DNA from: an uncultured bacterium
GTDB taxonomy: Bacteria; CAYUVA01
DNA: 64,000 bases
NCBI GenBank assembly: GCA_964448115.1
Contig: CAYUVA010000002.1
Location: 62,001 to 126,000 of the forward strand
Reading direction: 5' to 3'
The notes beneath the pieces were generated by a model, which was given only the letters and a program-made list of their open reading frames with translations, searched no databases and had not been told where the DNA came from. A program made the position numbers and the translations under genes. Positions 19,416 to 30,400 of this stretch are shown here, in pieces. Position 1 is the stretch's first letter. Every line of letters starts with the position of its first letter.

Positions 19416-21215
19416 CTATTCCTTGGGATACATGGCTTCTATCTCCTTGGCATATCTCTCCATGATCACGTTGCGTTTCGGCTTCATGGTCGGCGTGAGC
19501 AAGCCGTTTTCAATGGAGAACTCAGGCACTATGGTGAAGCGCTTTATGGTCTCGTAGGAGGCAAGGTCTTTATTGAACTTCTGGATGACTGACTCGATGA
19601 AATTAAGTATCTGCTGGTTGCTCCACAAGTCCTCGAAACTCTCGAATTGGATTCCCTTTTCTTTGGCATACTCGATCATATTGTCCTTGTCCAGTGTAAT
19701 AAGGGCTGTAAGATATTTTCTCTTGTCGCCGATGACCACCACCTGGTTGATGTACTTCGAGGTTGCTAGCATTCCCTCGATCGGAGCTGGTGCAATATTC
19801 TTACCACCAGCGGTTATAATCAAATCCTTCTTTCGTCCGGTGATGCGCAAAAAGCCCTCGGAGTCGATCTCACCAAGGTCTCCGGTTCGCTGCCACCCAT
19901 CCTCAAGGAGGGTTTCTGCGGTTTCTTCTGGCATCTTGTAGTACTCCTTCATCACATTGCGTCCCCGATAGAGCACCTCACCATCCTCGTCAGTCTTCAT
20001 CTCGATTCCCGGTCCAGTGGGACCAACCCATCCAAAGCGATAATTATCGATGCGGTTAACATTGGTAAACGAGGTATTCTCTGTCATGCCGATCCCTTCG
20101 AGGATCAGTATTCCGGCTGCATGGAAGAATTTAGCAATATCGGGGTTCAAGGGAGCTGCACCGCTGATACAGAATTCTACCCTGCCGCCTAAAGCTGCCT
20201 GGAGCTTGCTGAAGACCAGCTTGGTCGCTAGCTTGTACTTCAATCCTAAAAGCCCGGGTATTTGCTTTTTTTGCAGCTTGAGATCGCTTACCTGGTTGCC
20301 CACGCTTACAGCCCAGCGGAATATCTTAAGCGCAAGTCCCCCCTTGCTCTCTGCACCGCTTAGCACCTTGGAGTAAACCTTCTCGTATATTCGGGGGACG
20401 CTTACGAAGAAGTGCGGTTTTGCCACCTTGATATCATCGACCACTGTCTCGATGCTGCGCGCCAGCGTGGTGGGAACGCCGCTAAGTAAGCAAAAGTAAA
20501 CCGCCAGGCGAGCAAATACATGAGCCAGGGGAAGGAATAGGAAGGTCTCATGATGATCCTGGATACTCACACAGGCAAGCGCTGACTGGGTAGTGAAGGT
20601 TAGGTTGTCATGGGTCAAGACCGCTCCCTTGGGGACTCCAGTAGTCCCTGATGTGTAAACGATAGCCGCCACATCGCTGGAAACCACATCATCTGCTATC
20701 TCCTTGAGCTTCTGGTCGCTCACATCCTCACCCAGTTTCAAAAACTCATCAAAGCTTAGCACATAATCATCATCACCCTCGTATTGCCCCTCGAAAAGGA
20801 TGACCTTGCGTATATTGGGTATCTCATCTCTTATCTGGAGTATCTTGTCCAGTTGTTCCTTGTTTTCAGCGAATAGCACGACCGCATCCGAGTGGTTCAC
20901 GATATACTTGATATCCTTGGGGAGCAAGGAATGATAGATTCCGACCACGACAGCGCCGATCTTCACCGTGCCCTGATCGGCAAGGATCCACCTGTAGCAG
21001 GTGTAGCTGAGTATATTGACCTTGTCGTCCTTGTTCACCCCCAGAGCAATAAGGCTCTTTGCCAACTGATCCACCTGGTCGTAAAACTGGGACCAGGTTA
21101 CCGATTCCAACTGATCAGGAGTAACGAACCACCGATAGGCGATCTTGTTAGGATACTTATCCACTGTCGCCTTGACCATCGAATTTACATTCTTAAAGTC
21201 GATAAACGCCATCAT
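19416..21215 (-). CDS. Long-chain fatty acid-CoA ligase (AMP-binding family)
   Basis: YTSGTTGVPKG, LPLAHVF, SGAAPL, EGIGMTE, TGDLG, GRKKDLIITAGGKNIAP, LLTPTMKPKR; GGAGG RBS. Confidence 0.93.
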   Translation of the reverse strand: MMAFIDFKNVNSMVKATVDKYPNKIAYRWFVTPDQLESVTWSQFYDQVDQLAKSLIALGVNKDDKVNILSYTCYRWILADQGTVKIGAVVVGIYHSLLPKDIKYIVNHSDAVVLFAENKEQLDKILQIRDEIPNIRKVILFEGQYEGDDDYVLSFDEFLKLGEDVSDQKLKEIADDVVSSDVAAIVYTSGTTGVPKGAVLTHDNLTFTTQSALACVSIQDHHETFLFLPLAHVFARLAVYFCLLSGVPTTLARSIETVVDDIKVAKPHFFVSVPRIYEKVYSKVLSGAESKGGLALKIFRWAVSVGNQVSDLKLQKKQIPGLLGLKYKLATKLVFSKLQAALGGRVEFCISGAAPLNPDIAKFFHAAGILILEGIGMTENTSFTNVNRIDNYRFGWVGPTGPGIEMKTDEDGEVLYRGRNVMKEYYKMPEETAETLLEDGWQRTGDLGEIDSEGFLRITGRKKDLIITAGGKNIAPAPIEGMLATSKYINQVVVIGDKRKYLTALITLDKDNMIEYAKEKGIQFESFEDLWSNQQILNFIESVIQKFNKDLASYETIKRFTIVPEFSIENGLLTPTMKPKRNVIMERYAKEIEAMYPKE

Positions 21216-21267
21216 GACCTCCGCTGTTTAATATCCACCATTATAAGATATTCCTTATTGAGGATTA

Positions 21268-21296
21268 AAGATATTTTCCAAAATGTAAAATGTCAA
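21268..21296 (-). promoter_or_regulatory. Putative sigma-70 promoter for the acyl-CoA ligase
   Basis: Minus strand TTGACA-N17-TATCTT, ~50 nt upstream of the start. Confidence 0.55.
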
Positions 21297-21330
21297 TAAG
21301 AAAGGTTAAATTTTATAACAAACTTTGATT

Positions 21331-23823
21331 TCACCCTTCTTCATCAGGCAGATAGAAATAGAATATTGATCCTTTGCCCGGTTCACTATTTGCCCAGACT
21401 TTTCCCCCGTGTTTTTCGATGATACGTTTGACTATTGCCAGCCCGACACCGGTGCCCTCAATTATTGGTTGTTCACTCAAGCGCTTGAAAACATCGAATA
21501 TCTTCTCGTGGAAACTCATATCGAAACCGATGCCGTTATCTTTTACAAAGTAAACCTTTTGTCCATCGATGATCTCACTGCCAACTTCTATGGTTGGATC
21601 CTGGTTCTGGTAGGTATATTTTATGGAGTTAGAGAGCAGATTTGCCAGCACTTGATATATCATCGAGACATCGCCGTAAGCATCAGGCATCTGGTTAACT
21701 ACGAATCGTACCTTTGTCTTGTAGCCCTCGATATCCTCGAATGCAGTGCGGAATAACATCTGCATATCGATCTTTGTATGTTTCAGCTTTTTCCTTCCAA
21801 GCCTGGAAAAGGCGAGCAGATCATCGATAAGTTTTCCCATTTTATTGGTATTTTCGCTTATCTTATCAAGCAGATTAGCAGCCTCGGGAGTCAGCATATC
21901 ATGGTATCTCTCGGTCAGTATATGGGCATACCCATTTATCGTGCGCAACGGGGTTCTCAGATCGTGAGAGATGGAGTATGAGAACGAATCTAGTTCTTCC
22001 ATGCTTTCTTGAAGCTGAATATTGCGCTGTGATAGATCTTCATTGAGTCTTCTTATCGCCTCCTCAGCCCGCTTTCTCTCGGTAATGTTCCTGGCGATGC
22101 CCAATATTGCCGGCTTTCCCTTGTATTCAAAAGGAGTAGCCACCACCTCGACATCGATTATAGAGCCATCAAATCTTACGAATTTCTCCTCAGCTAATGC
22201 AGCACTCTTACCGGTAGTCAGCATAGTCTTTACCCGGTTTAACACCATTTCTTTATAATCTGGATGCACGAAATCTAAAACTGGCATCCCGATCATTTGA
22301 TCTGTTGATTCCGCCCCCATAAGCTCTGCTCCCTGCTGATTGCCCAGGATCAGTTTACCCTCGGAATGGATGAATACAGCGTCCGGAAATATCTCGAACA
22401 AGGTTCTATATAAGTCCTCGCTCTGTTTAAGCCTTTCCTCTGCTTGCTTGCGGGAGGTGATGTCCCTTATTACAGCGAGAATCATATCCCGTTTGTCTAT
22501 CTGTGCTCTTTGTAAGCTCACATCCACCCAGATGGTCTCTCCGCTTTTATTATAAGCCTTTAGCTCGAATACCTGTGGTTCTTGGCTCAATGCCAATTCG
22601 ATTTTATTTCTCAACTCAGGGCAGTTGTATGGGTAAGATGTTCCCATTTCTTTTATAAAGCGAAAATCATAGAACTCCTGATGTGAATATCCAAACAGTT
22701 CCACCGCCTTTTGGTTACATTCTACAATCCTCCTTTTTTGGGGATCGTAAAGAAAAATGGCATCATTGGCTGCGTTGAATATGGTGTGATACCTTTGTTC
22801 TGATTCCAGCAAGGTTTCAGCCATGCGTAGGCGCTGCGCGTTCTCAATCTTGAGTCGTTCATTTATGGCGGCGAGCTCGGCTGTGCGCTCACTTACACGC
22901 TTTTCAAGGTATGCCTGGGTCTGTCTCAGTTCCTCCATAACCCTTTTTTGTTCTGTTATATCAATAGCGGTCGCCGCCATGTATCTGGGTTTGCCATCTT
23001 CATCATGTATAACCACGCCGCTCATTAACATTGGGAACTCGTGTCCATCTTTATTGACATGCCAGATCTCAGTAGCATCATAGCTGCCACGGCTACGAAG
23101 CTGTTTATTGAGCCTCTCCACTGTCTTCATTTGGGCACGAGAGTGAAAGATACTCAGATTCTTGCCGATTAGCTCATCACTTGAATAACCATGTATGCGG
23201 GCGAAATACTCATTAACATAGAGTAGATTTCCGTCCATATCTGAGATAGCCACGCCGAAGAGGGCATTATCGGAGATCTTCTTGAATTTCTGTAGCTCCT
23301 CGAAGTACCTCTTTCGCCAGGTAATATCCCTGCCCAGTGCGATGGAGCCTATGATATTCCCCTCTTTGTCAGTCAGGCTTCTCGAATGCCATGCGATTAT
23401 CTTCGTATCCCCATTCTTGCATATAATCTTTGTCTCCAGATCCTCTACCACTTGCCCCTTATTGATGATAGCCATTGCCTTGGAGAATATCTCCCTGCGG
23501 TATTCGGGATCAGGATAGAGCCACTCCCAGATCTTATCATGCCCGACTACTTCCTCTTTTGAGTAGCCGCTGATCTGCTCGGCAGCGCGATTCCAGATGA
23601 TAACATTGGCATTAGTATCGAGCACATCCATCCAGACATTGGCGTTCTCGATTACCGTCTCCCTGATCTGATCGAGCCTTTCCTGCTGCAACAGGCGATG
23701 CTTGAGTTCCTTGTTGAGCTTCTCTTTCTCCTTGAGTTGCTCACTCAGGCTAGCGACCTGTTGCTTGAGGGATTCTACAGTACCTGCAGTATGCTCGTTC
23801 TTGCTTTGATTGCCTTTACTCAT
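21331..23823 (-). CDS. Cytoplasmic multi-PAS sensor histidine kinase
   Basis: Four PAS/PAC repeats ending RDITWRK, DITEQK, RDITSRK, RNITERK; H-box SHDLRTP; N-box NLLSNSIKY; DNGIGF; GTGVGLAIV; no TM segment. Confidence 0.93.
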   Translation of the reverse strand: MSKGNQSKNEHTAGTVESLKQQVASLSEQLKEKEKLNKELKHRLLQQERLDQIRETVIENANVWMDVLDTNANVIIWNRAAEQISGYSKEEVVGHDKIWEWLYPDPEYRREIFSKAMAIINKGQVVEDLETKIICKNGDTKIIAWHSRSLTDKEGNIIGSIALGRDITWRKRYFEELQKFKKISDNALFGVAISDMDGNLLYVNEYFARIHGYSSDELIGKNLSIFHSRAQMKTVERLNKQLRSRGSYDATEIWHVNKDGHEFPMLMSGVVIHDEDGKPRYMAATAIDITEQKRVMEELRQTQAYLEKRVSERTAELAAINERLKIENAQRLRMAETLLESEQRYHTIFNAANDAIFLYDPQKRRIVECNQKAVELFGYSHQEFYDFRFIKEMGTSYPYNCPELRNKIELALSQEPQVFELKAYNKSGETIWVDVSLQRAQIDKRDMILAVIRDITSRKQAEERLKQSEDLYRTLFEIFPDAVFIHSEGKLILGNQQGAELMGAESTDQMIGMPVLDFVHPDYKEMVLNRVKTMLTTGKSAALAEEKFVRFDGSIIDVEVVATPFEYKGKPAILGIARNITERKRAEEAIRRLNEDLSQRNIQLQESMEELDSFSYSISHDLRTPLRTINGYAHILTERYHDMLTPEAANLLDKISENTNKMGKLIDDLLAFSRLGRKKLKHTKIDMQMLFRTAFEDIEGYKTKVRFVVNQMPDAYGDVSMIYQVLANLLSNSIKYTYQNQDPTIEVGSEIIDGQKVYFVKDNGIGFDMSFHEKIFDVFKRLSEQPIIEGTGVGLAIVKRIIEKHGGKVWANSEPGKGSIFYFYLPDEEG

Positions 23824-24071
23824 CGAGTCTTAGACCCTCAATGCCGTTTCAATAACCACCTTTGATAAAAAGACCTGACAAATACTATCCTTTTCACTTA
23901 AGCCTAATATAAAATATTCTTTATTCATTTTCAAGTTTATATGAAGTCCAGCTTGCTGCCAGAGGGAGTGATGAATACATCGATTAGAAATCAATGTTTC
24001 ATTCCAAGCCCTTCCGGCAGCCACAATTTACTAATTCATTAGTTGTAAAACATGCACATTTTAGATCCCTG

Positions 24072-24101
24072 TGCACTATAATGGTGCATGTTTATGATGC
24101 A
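24072..24101. promoter_or_regulatory. NtrC-type enhancer site(s)
   Basis: TGCACTATAATGGTGCA (24072-24088) matches the NtrC consensus TGCAC-N7-GTGCA; a weaker overlapping TGCA-N9-TGCA lies at 24085-24101; ~120 bp upstream of the predicted sigma-54 start site. Confidence 0.7.
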
Positions 24102-24172
24102 CATACAAACGAAACAGGGGGTTAGTATGAATAAAATGCCCATGAATCCTGCATTCTCTCTTTGCAACAAGG

Positions 24173-24189
24173 TTGGCATAACAGTTGCA
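24173..24189 (+). promoter_or_regulatory. Sigma-54 (-24/-12) promoter
   Basis: TTGGCATAACAGTTGCA has exact GG-N10-GC spacing with TGGCA and TTGC elements. Confidence 0.75.
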
Positions 24190-24200
24190 ATATTCATAAG

Positions 24201-24264
24201 CGACAATAGCCTAACCTTCCAATTCGACGCCGGTTGCCAAAAGGGTGACCGGCGTTAACTTTTT
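24201..24264 (+). ncRNA. Candidate sigma-54-dependent small RNA (~60 nt)
   Basis: Bounded by the -24/-12 promoter and an intrinsic terminator; no ATG within it; 5' tract GCCTAACCTTCC is anti-SD-like; 5' end inferred from promoter geometry. Confidence 0.5.
24226..24264 (+). terminator. Intrinsic terminator
   Basis: GACGCCGGTTGCC-AAAAG-GGTGACCGGCGTT, a 13-bp GC-rich stem including three G-U pairs, followed by AACTTTTT. Confidence 0.7.
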
Positions 24265-24303
24265 ACCAGACAACAGCCAACCGATAATTTTTTTTCAAAC
24301 CCC

Positions 24304-24332
24304 TTTACTTTAATATAATACTTTGCTAAATT
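24304..24332 (+). promoter_or_regulatory. Putative sigma-70 promoter for the giant exported protein
   Basis: TTTACT-N17-TAAATT with extended -10 TG (24324-24325), downstream of the terminator. Confidence 0.5.
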
Positions 24333-24460
24333 ATTGTCAATAATAAATTTTCTAAAACAGCCAAGAGTCTTTAGACATGATGAAAAAAACTCGATATCTC
24401 ATGATCTTGAGGTTTTCCCATAAATCTGTTATATTTATTCCTAAATAGGGAATAGTAAAA

Positions 24461-27400
24461 ATGAATCGAATATTCAATGTCATACTCCCATTGATGCTTT
24501 TAATGATGGTTATTTTTACTCTACCTGTTATTGGTATTCCCTACCACTCATCAGCTAACACAATGGTTGAGGGGATTGGATACTGGTGGGTCAAGCATCC
24601 GGCTTATCCCACCGAGATAATGATCATACCAGGAGACAATGACTGGGTGATGCATTACCTCGATGAGGGAGAAAACAGCCAGTTTCATCAAAGGGTTCAA
24701 GCCTGGGAACAAAGATACGGTCATAGGGGCTATCCATTCTGGATGACAAGAAAGGTTAGAGAGCAACTCGGAATGCCTCCTGAGCCTGATATTGTCGATA
24801 TTCCTTCGCTCCCATGTTCTGGTAAAATAATCTTTCCGGTTGATGGCGGCTGGCGTTGCTTAACCGATGACAGCCGAGCAAGCAGTAAATCTAAGGGTGA
24901 GGATTACATAAAAGTCAGAGTCTATGATTGGGCATCACAGGGCGCTAGTTGCCCAGTTTGTGCTGATGGAAGCCTCCCCGCCCCGGATAATATCGCTGAT
25001 GTTGTTATCGGGATCTGTTTTGCCAACACAGGGTCCTGGACATTTCCCCACCATAGCGAAATATGCCTTAATTGCTGCGATGGTGTAGAGCCGATACCTT
25101 TTACAGCCACTTATCCTACTTTAGATCATGTTTCATTGCTCGATGTCAGGGTCCAAGCAGTTGATTATGATGTTTATTATCCCGATGAGCCTCCGGGTAC
25201 TCCTACCCCCACGCCAACCAAGGCACACGCCTGTTGGAGCCATCGCTCGCATTACAATGTGCCTGCTGGGGGACTAAGCAAAGCCTGGCGTAACCTGAAT
25301 TTCAATCTCTCGCCACCCTGTTTTGATCCATTGCCTAATATTACCTGTCGGGCTACTCCTAAAATAAAGGTGGAATACGAGGTTTGGTATGAGGATAACG
25401 GGATTGATGACCCTCAATGGATAGAACATCCTAACTCTGGTCAGTGGTACAATACCTTCACCTTCGTATGGAGCGAGGTACAAGATCGAGCCGGCATTCA
25501 AAAAAGCGAGCTTCATATAAGTTCTGACACCACCTTCAATATGTCTGATGAGAAGATCTACACCATACCAGGCAACGGCACCCAACAGACGGTCGCATCT
25601 GGTGATACTTTAACTTCGGGTAGTTGGTATTTTGCGGTACGCACCAGGGATAATACAGGGCACTGGAGCAATTACAGGCATGCTGACCATACTAAATTCA
25701 ACTTCGATATCACTCCACCTTATCACACCAGCCCGACCATATTGCTTGGCGGTAATGAGATGACAGAGGATCAGCAGCTCTATGACTGGGGTAATGGCGA
25801 TGCTTATATCCACATGGTCAACTCTGTGGATGATCACAGCGGTTTGGCATATTTTCAGTATGATATCGATGATGACCCATCTGATCAGCCGCAATATAAT
25901 GACTGGGCCGATAACATAACCGTCTCTTTCCCGAATTGGATGGATGATACTGGATATTACACTATCTGGGTGCGCATTGTCGATAATTTAGGTAATGATG
26001 CTGTTTACTCGGATTACATTTACTGTGATACCTCGGATCCTTCAGTATCTAAGCCCTATTTTGCCGGCGCCATTGACCTGAACGCTATTGTGTTCTTTTC
26101 CAGCCCCTATGATGAAGGATCCGGCGTAAAGGAGGTCTATTACGAGATCCTTGAGGATGATATCCTTGAATATTGGGGAATCACAGGTGCCGATGGCAAT
26201 ATCAGCCTTAATGTCGGTTATCATGGCAGAACCTACAAGGCTATGATGCGCCCCAAGGATAATTCGGGGCGCCAGGGAAACGAGGTATGGAGCGATCCGG
26301 TTACACTCAATTGGATACCAGCTCAGCCGAGTGATACTTTTGTCAGCTATATCGATAATGGAGTGGCAATATCCTGGACTGATAATTCGACAAACGAGAC
26401 CAACTTCAGACCAGAGAAAGGATTAGTCGGCATGGGTTGGTTTGAGATCGGGCAACCGACCGCATCCAGCTATGATTATTTCTGGCAAAGCGATGATAAG
26501 GATCGCAGATTTCGGTTTAGGGTTCGTGCCTATCGAAACTATGGTGGCGGTGAATTCTACAGCGATTATGACAACTACCTCGGTTGGTTTTATGGACCCC
26601 CTTCAGCGCCGACACAGCGAGATCCGGAGCCAGAGCCAACCGCTATCAATTGGCTCTGGTGGGACAATTCCCTGCACGAGAGCGGATTTCGCATTGAGGT
26701 AGATGGACTAGGCGAAGCGACCGTCGCCGGCAACGAGACAAGCTACCGGTGGGACGGGCTGGAGCCGGATCATCAATATACTGCCACAATATTTGCTTAT
26801 ATGCACCATGTTGGACAATACCCCGGGGATAGCAACCCTTCAGAGTCTAAAACGGTTAATACGCTAGCGAATATACCCCAGGCGCCGCTGGTGCAGAATG
26901 TGCCCCAGCAATACGAGACCCTTCTGGTCGATGTCCTCAATGCTGATCCAGCCAATCCCCCATACACAAAGTATTGTATTCTGTGCGATGAAGAGGGCAA
27001 GTATGCTGATCAAAACGGAACCCTTCAGACCTATCCCACCTGGCATACGATATCTGAGTGGAATACGATTGGAGCAAAGGTTAGAGGACTAGCGCCTAAT
27101 AAGCTTTATCATATTAAGACCAAGGCGAGTAACCAGGAAGGAGTCCAGACCGACCCCAGCGAACCCGCTTCAGCTTATACAGCCTGCCAGGTGCCTGGAT
27201 TCATCGAGGTAAAAGAGCATATCAACTATCCGGATACGCAGATGACCTTCACTATCGACCCCAAGAGCAATCCGCTTGACAAGAATACCACTTATGTGGT
27301 GCGTGTCGAGATCTCACCATCAGAATTCCGCTATGTGAACAAGAACCAGGGAGTGCTTCAGTTTGAGAATGAACATACGGACCTAAACAGCACTAGGGGT

Positions 27401-30400
27401 AGCCATAGCGAATTCGGTGGATTCAGCGGCTTCAGGCTTATCGGATTACAGCCCAATCATCTCTATACCTTCTTTGTCAAGGCGTATAACTTCGAGGATC
27501 TCAATACTTCCTACAGCCTTTGCCTGGATAGCTCATGCTATGATTGGACTTACGCAGCCATCCCTGGCGCACCGCTGGCTTATAATTATCCATCAGATCC
27601 CACCAGGCTTAATGTACTAGTGATTCATGGCACCGGCAATCCAGCAGACACCCAATATACTATCCAATTCGAGCAAGATGCCATCGGCACCAAGTATGTC
27701 GATTATAGCGGCTACCTGGTCGGAGAGATGACCTGGGGGGACAGGACCACCTGGGGCGGTGATTCGGGTATCGATGTGCTTGGATTAGAGCCTGCGACCA
27801 CCTATCGCATAAGCTGTTTTGCCAGAAACCGTATTGGCGATATAAGCGGGGAGAGCCAAGAAACCTACCAAACAACCACCTTCTTCACAGCAACGCCGAC
27901 GGTAACTTCGACCGAGATTCCCACAGCCACGCCATCAGCCATACCAACTAGCACACCGAGCAACACACCTACCGGCAACCCAACCTTTACGGCAACCGCC
28001 CTCCCCAGCAACACGCCGAGCATGACGCCAAGCGTAACTCCCTCAGCAACTCCTAGCGCCACGCCGACTTCGTCAGCGACTCTTACGCCCACCGCTACCG
28101 AGACAGCAACGATGACAGCGACACCCTCCAACACCCCCAGCGCTACGCCGAGCCTGACCCCAACTGATACTCCCACCAACACGCCAACCCAGACCGCTAC
28201 CGACCTGCCCACAGCCACCATGACAGCGACCCCATCGGCGACCTTGACCTCTACGCCATCTGCCACGCCCACCCATACTTTAACCGGCACCCCGACCGCA
28301 CTCCCCACCAGCACCCCGACTGCCACGGAGACAGACCTCCCCACGGCAACCAACACGCCAACTGCCATACCAAGCACCACCCCCACCAACACGCCGAGTA
28401 ACATTCCATCAACAACTCCGAGCCTTACTCCTACCAACACTAAGACCGCTACTCCGACCTTCACGAATACGAGCGTCCCCACCAGCACTCCGAGCTTTAC
28501 ACCAACGCTGACCGCAACTACCTCGCCGTCATCGACCAGCACCGCCTCACCTACATCGACTGTATCATCCACTCCCACAACCACACCTTCGCAAACGCCT
28601 ACCCCCACGGAGACCCCTTGCTGGATGGATGATCCCTTGGAATACCCACCAGGCAACGACACGCCAGAGAATGCAATCTTTATCGATACCGGTGGCAGTT
28701 CCATTCAGCAACTCTTCTGCACCGAGTCAGACAGCGACTGGCACAAGTTCATGGCATCGACCTCCATGCTATATACATTCTGGACTTCCGACCTAGGGAA
28801 CTCGGTGAGGACGCGACTGCGCCTATATGATTCGAGCGGATATTTGCTTTTACTGGATGCAACGCCACTACCGGGTCAGGGCGAGGTGCAAGCGCAGATG
28901 ACTTATGCTCCAAGCGGGATCTATTACTTGGAGATGCTTCCAGCTCAAGGCTCTGTCTGGGGGCATGGCGCCGATTACAACCTGCAGGTCAAGGGAATCA
29001 CGTTCACCCCGACCATAACCCCAACCCTAACGCCGACACTTACAAGCACTCTGGTGCCGACCTTAACGCCATCAACGACCCCAACCCTAACGCCCACCAG
29101 CACACTAACACCAACCGGAGCGCCAACTTCCACACCAACCCGCTCCCCATCGCTAACTCCGACAAACACTGCCACCCCCTCAACGACGCAAACTCGAACC
29201 CCCACCTTGACTCCCACCAACACCGAGACTCAGACACCGACAGGCACGCCAACCACAACCGGGAGCGCAACACCGACCAACACGCGTACCTTAACCCCGA
29301 CTTCGACTCCAAGCCATACCCCTACTCTCACTCCCAGTGCTACCGAAACTGCAACACCGACAAACACGATGACGCCGACCGCCACCATGACCCCCTGCAA
29401 GGATGTCGATATATGGGAGCCGGATAACAGCCCTCTGAATCCGCCTGAGATCGGGGCAGAACAGGGCGAGACCCTGCATTATTTCTGCCCGCCACCACCT
29501 GGTGATATCGATTGGTCATACTTCACATCATCAGCTAACACCTCTTATATACTGGCGACTTATGATCTCGGTACTGATGCAGATACTTACATGTATTTAT
29601 ATGATGGATTCCTGAATTACATAGATGAAAGCGACAACAACACCAGTACTGGCGGCAGAGAATCGACCATCCGCTTCACCGCGCCGATAAACTGGTTCTA
29701 TTATGTCAAGATAACCAGCGCTGATGGCAAATGGGGCACAGATGCCTATTATATGTACCGCGTCTTAGCCATGACCGCTACGCCTACACCCACTTTCGTT
29801 CCTACCTTGACTCCAAGCAACACGCCCACCTCAACTCCATCCCCATTACCTACCCAGACTCCGACTGCAACTCCAAGCGCAACTATGACCACAGTCCCGA
29901 CCGCCACCCATACGCGCACGCCGACTTACACCCCAACAGCCACGCCGAGTGCAACCATGACCGATGTTCCCACCAACACGCCGACTGCAACCTCAACACT
30001 AACTCCCACCTTTATACCAAGCTCCACCGTCACAGCTACCCCAACCATAACCGCCACCACCGCTCCCAGCTCGACCCCGACCAGTACCCAAACCACGCTA
30101 CCAACCAGCACCCCCAGCCCAACCCCCACTGGATCGTTCACCGCCACCGATACGCCGACCCTGACGCCAAGCGCCACCGCGAGCAATACGCCGAGCATTA
30201 CGCCCACCTTGACCGTCACCGCTACGCCGAGTGCAACCTTCACCGTTGGTCCAGCCCCGATAATCACACCTGAGCCACCATTCACCGCCGGCACTTGCAA
30301 TACAGTCTGGTGGAGCGATCAGAGCTCCTATAACGCTGGCGGTTATTATATAGAGGCTGATTTGAACGGCGATTTCACCAGCATAATCGGAGCTTCGGGA

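Noticed and set aside
24127-24258. 43-codon ORF MNKMPMNPAFSLCNKVGITVAIFISDNSLTFQFDAGCQKGDRR with AGGGGG upstream
   Set aside because: It runs through the sigma-54 promoter and terminator stem and resembles no protein I know. The regulatory reading explains the sequence better, though the ORF is not excluded without Ribo-seq.
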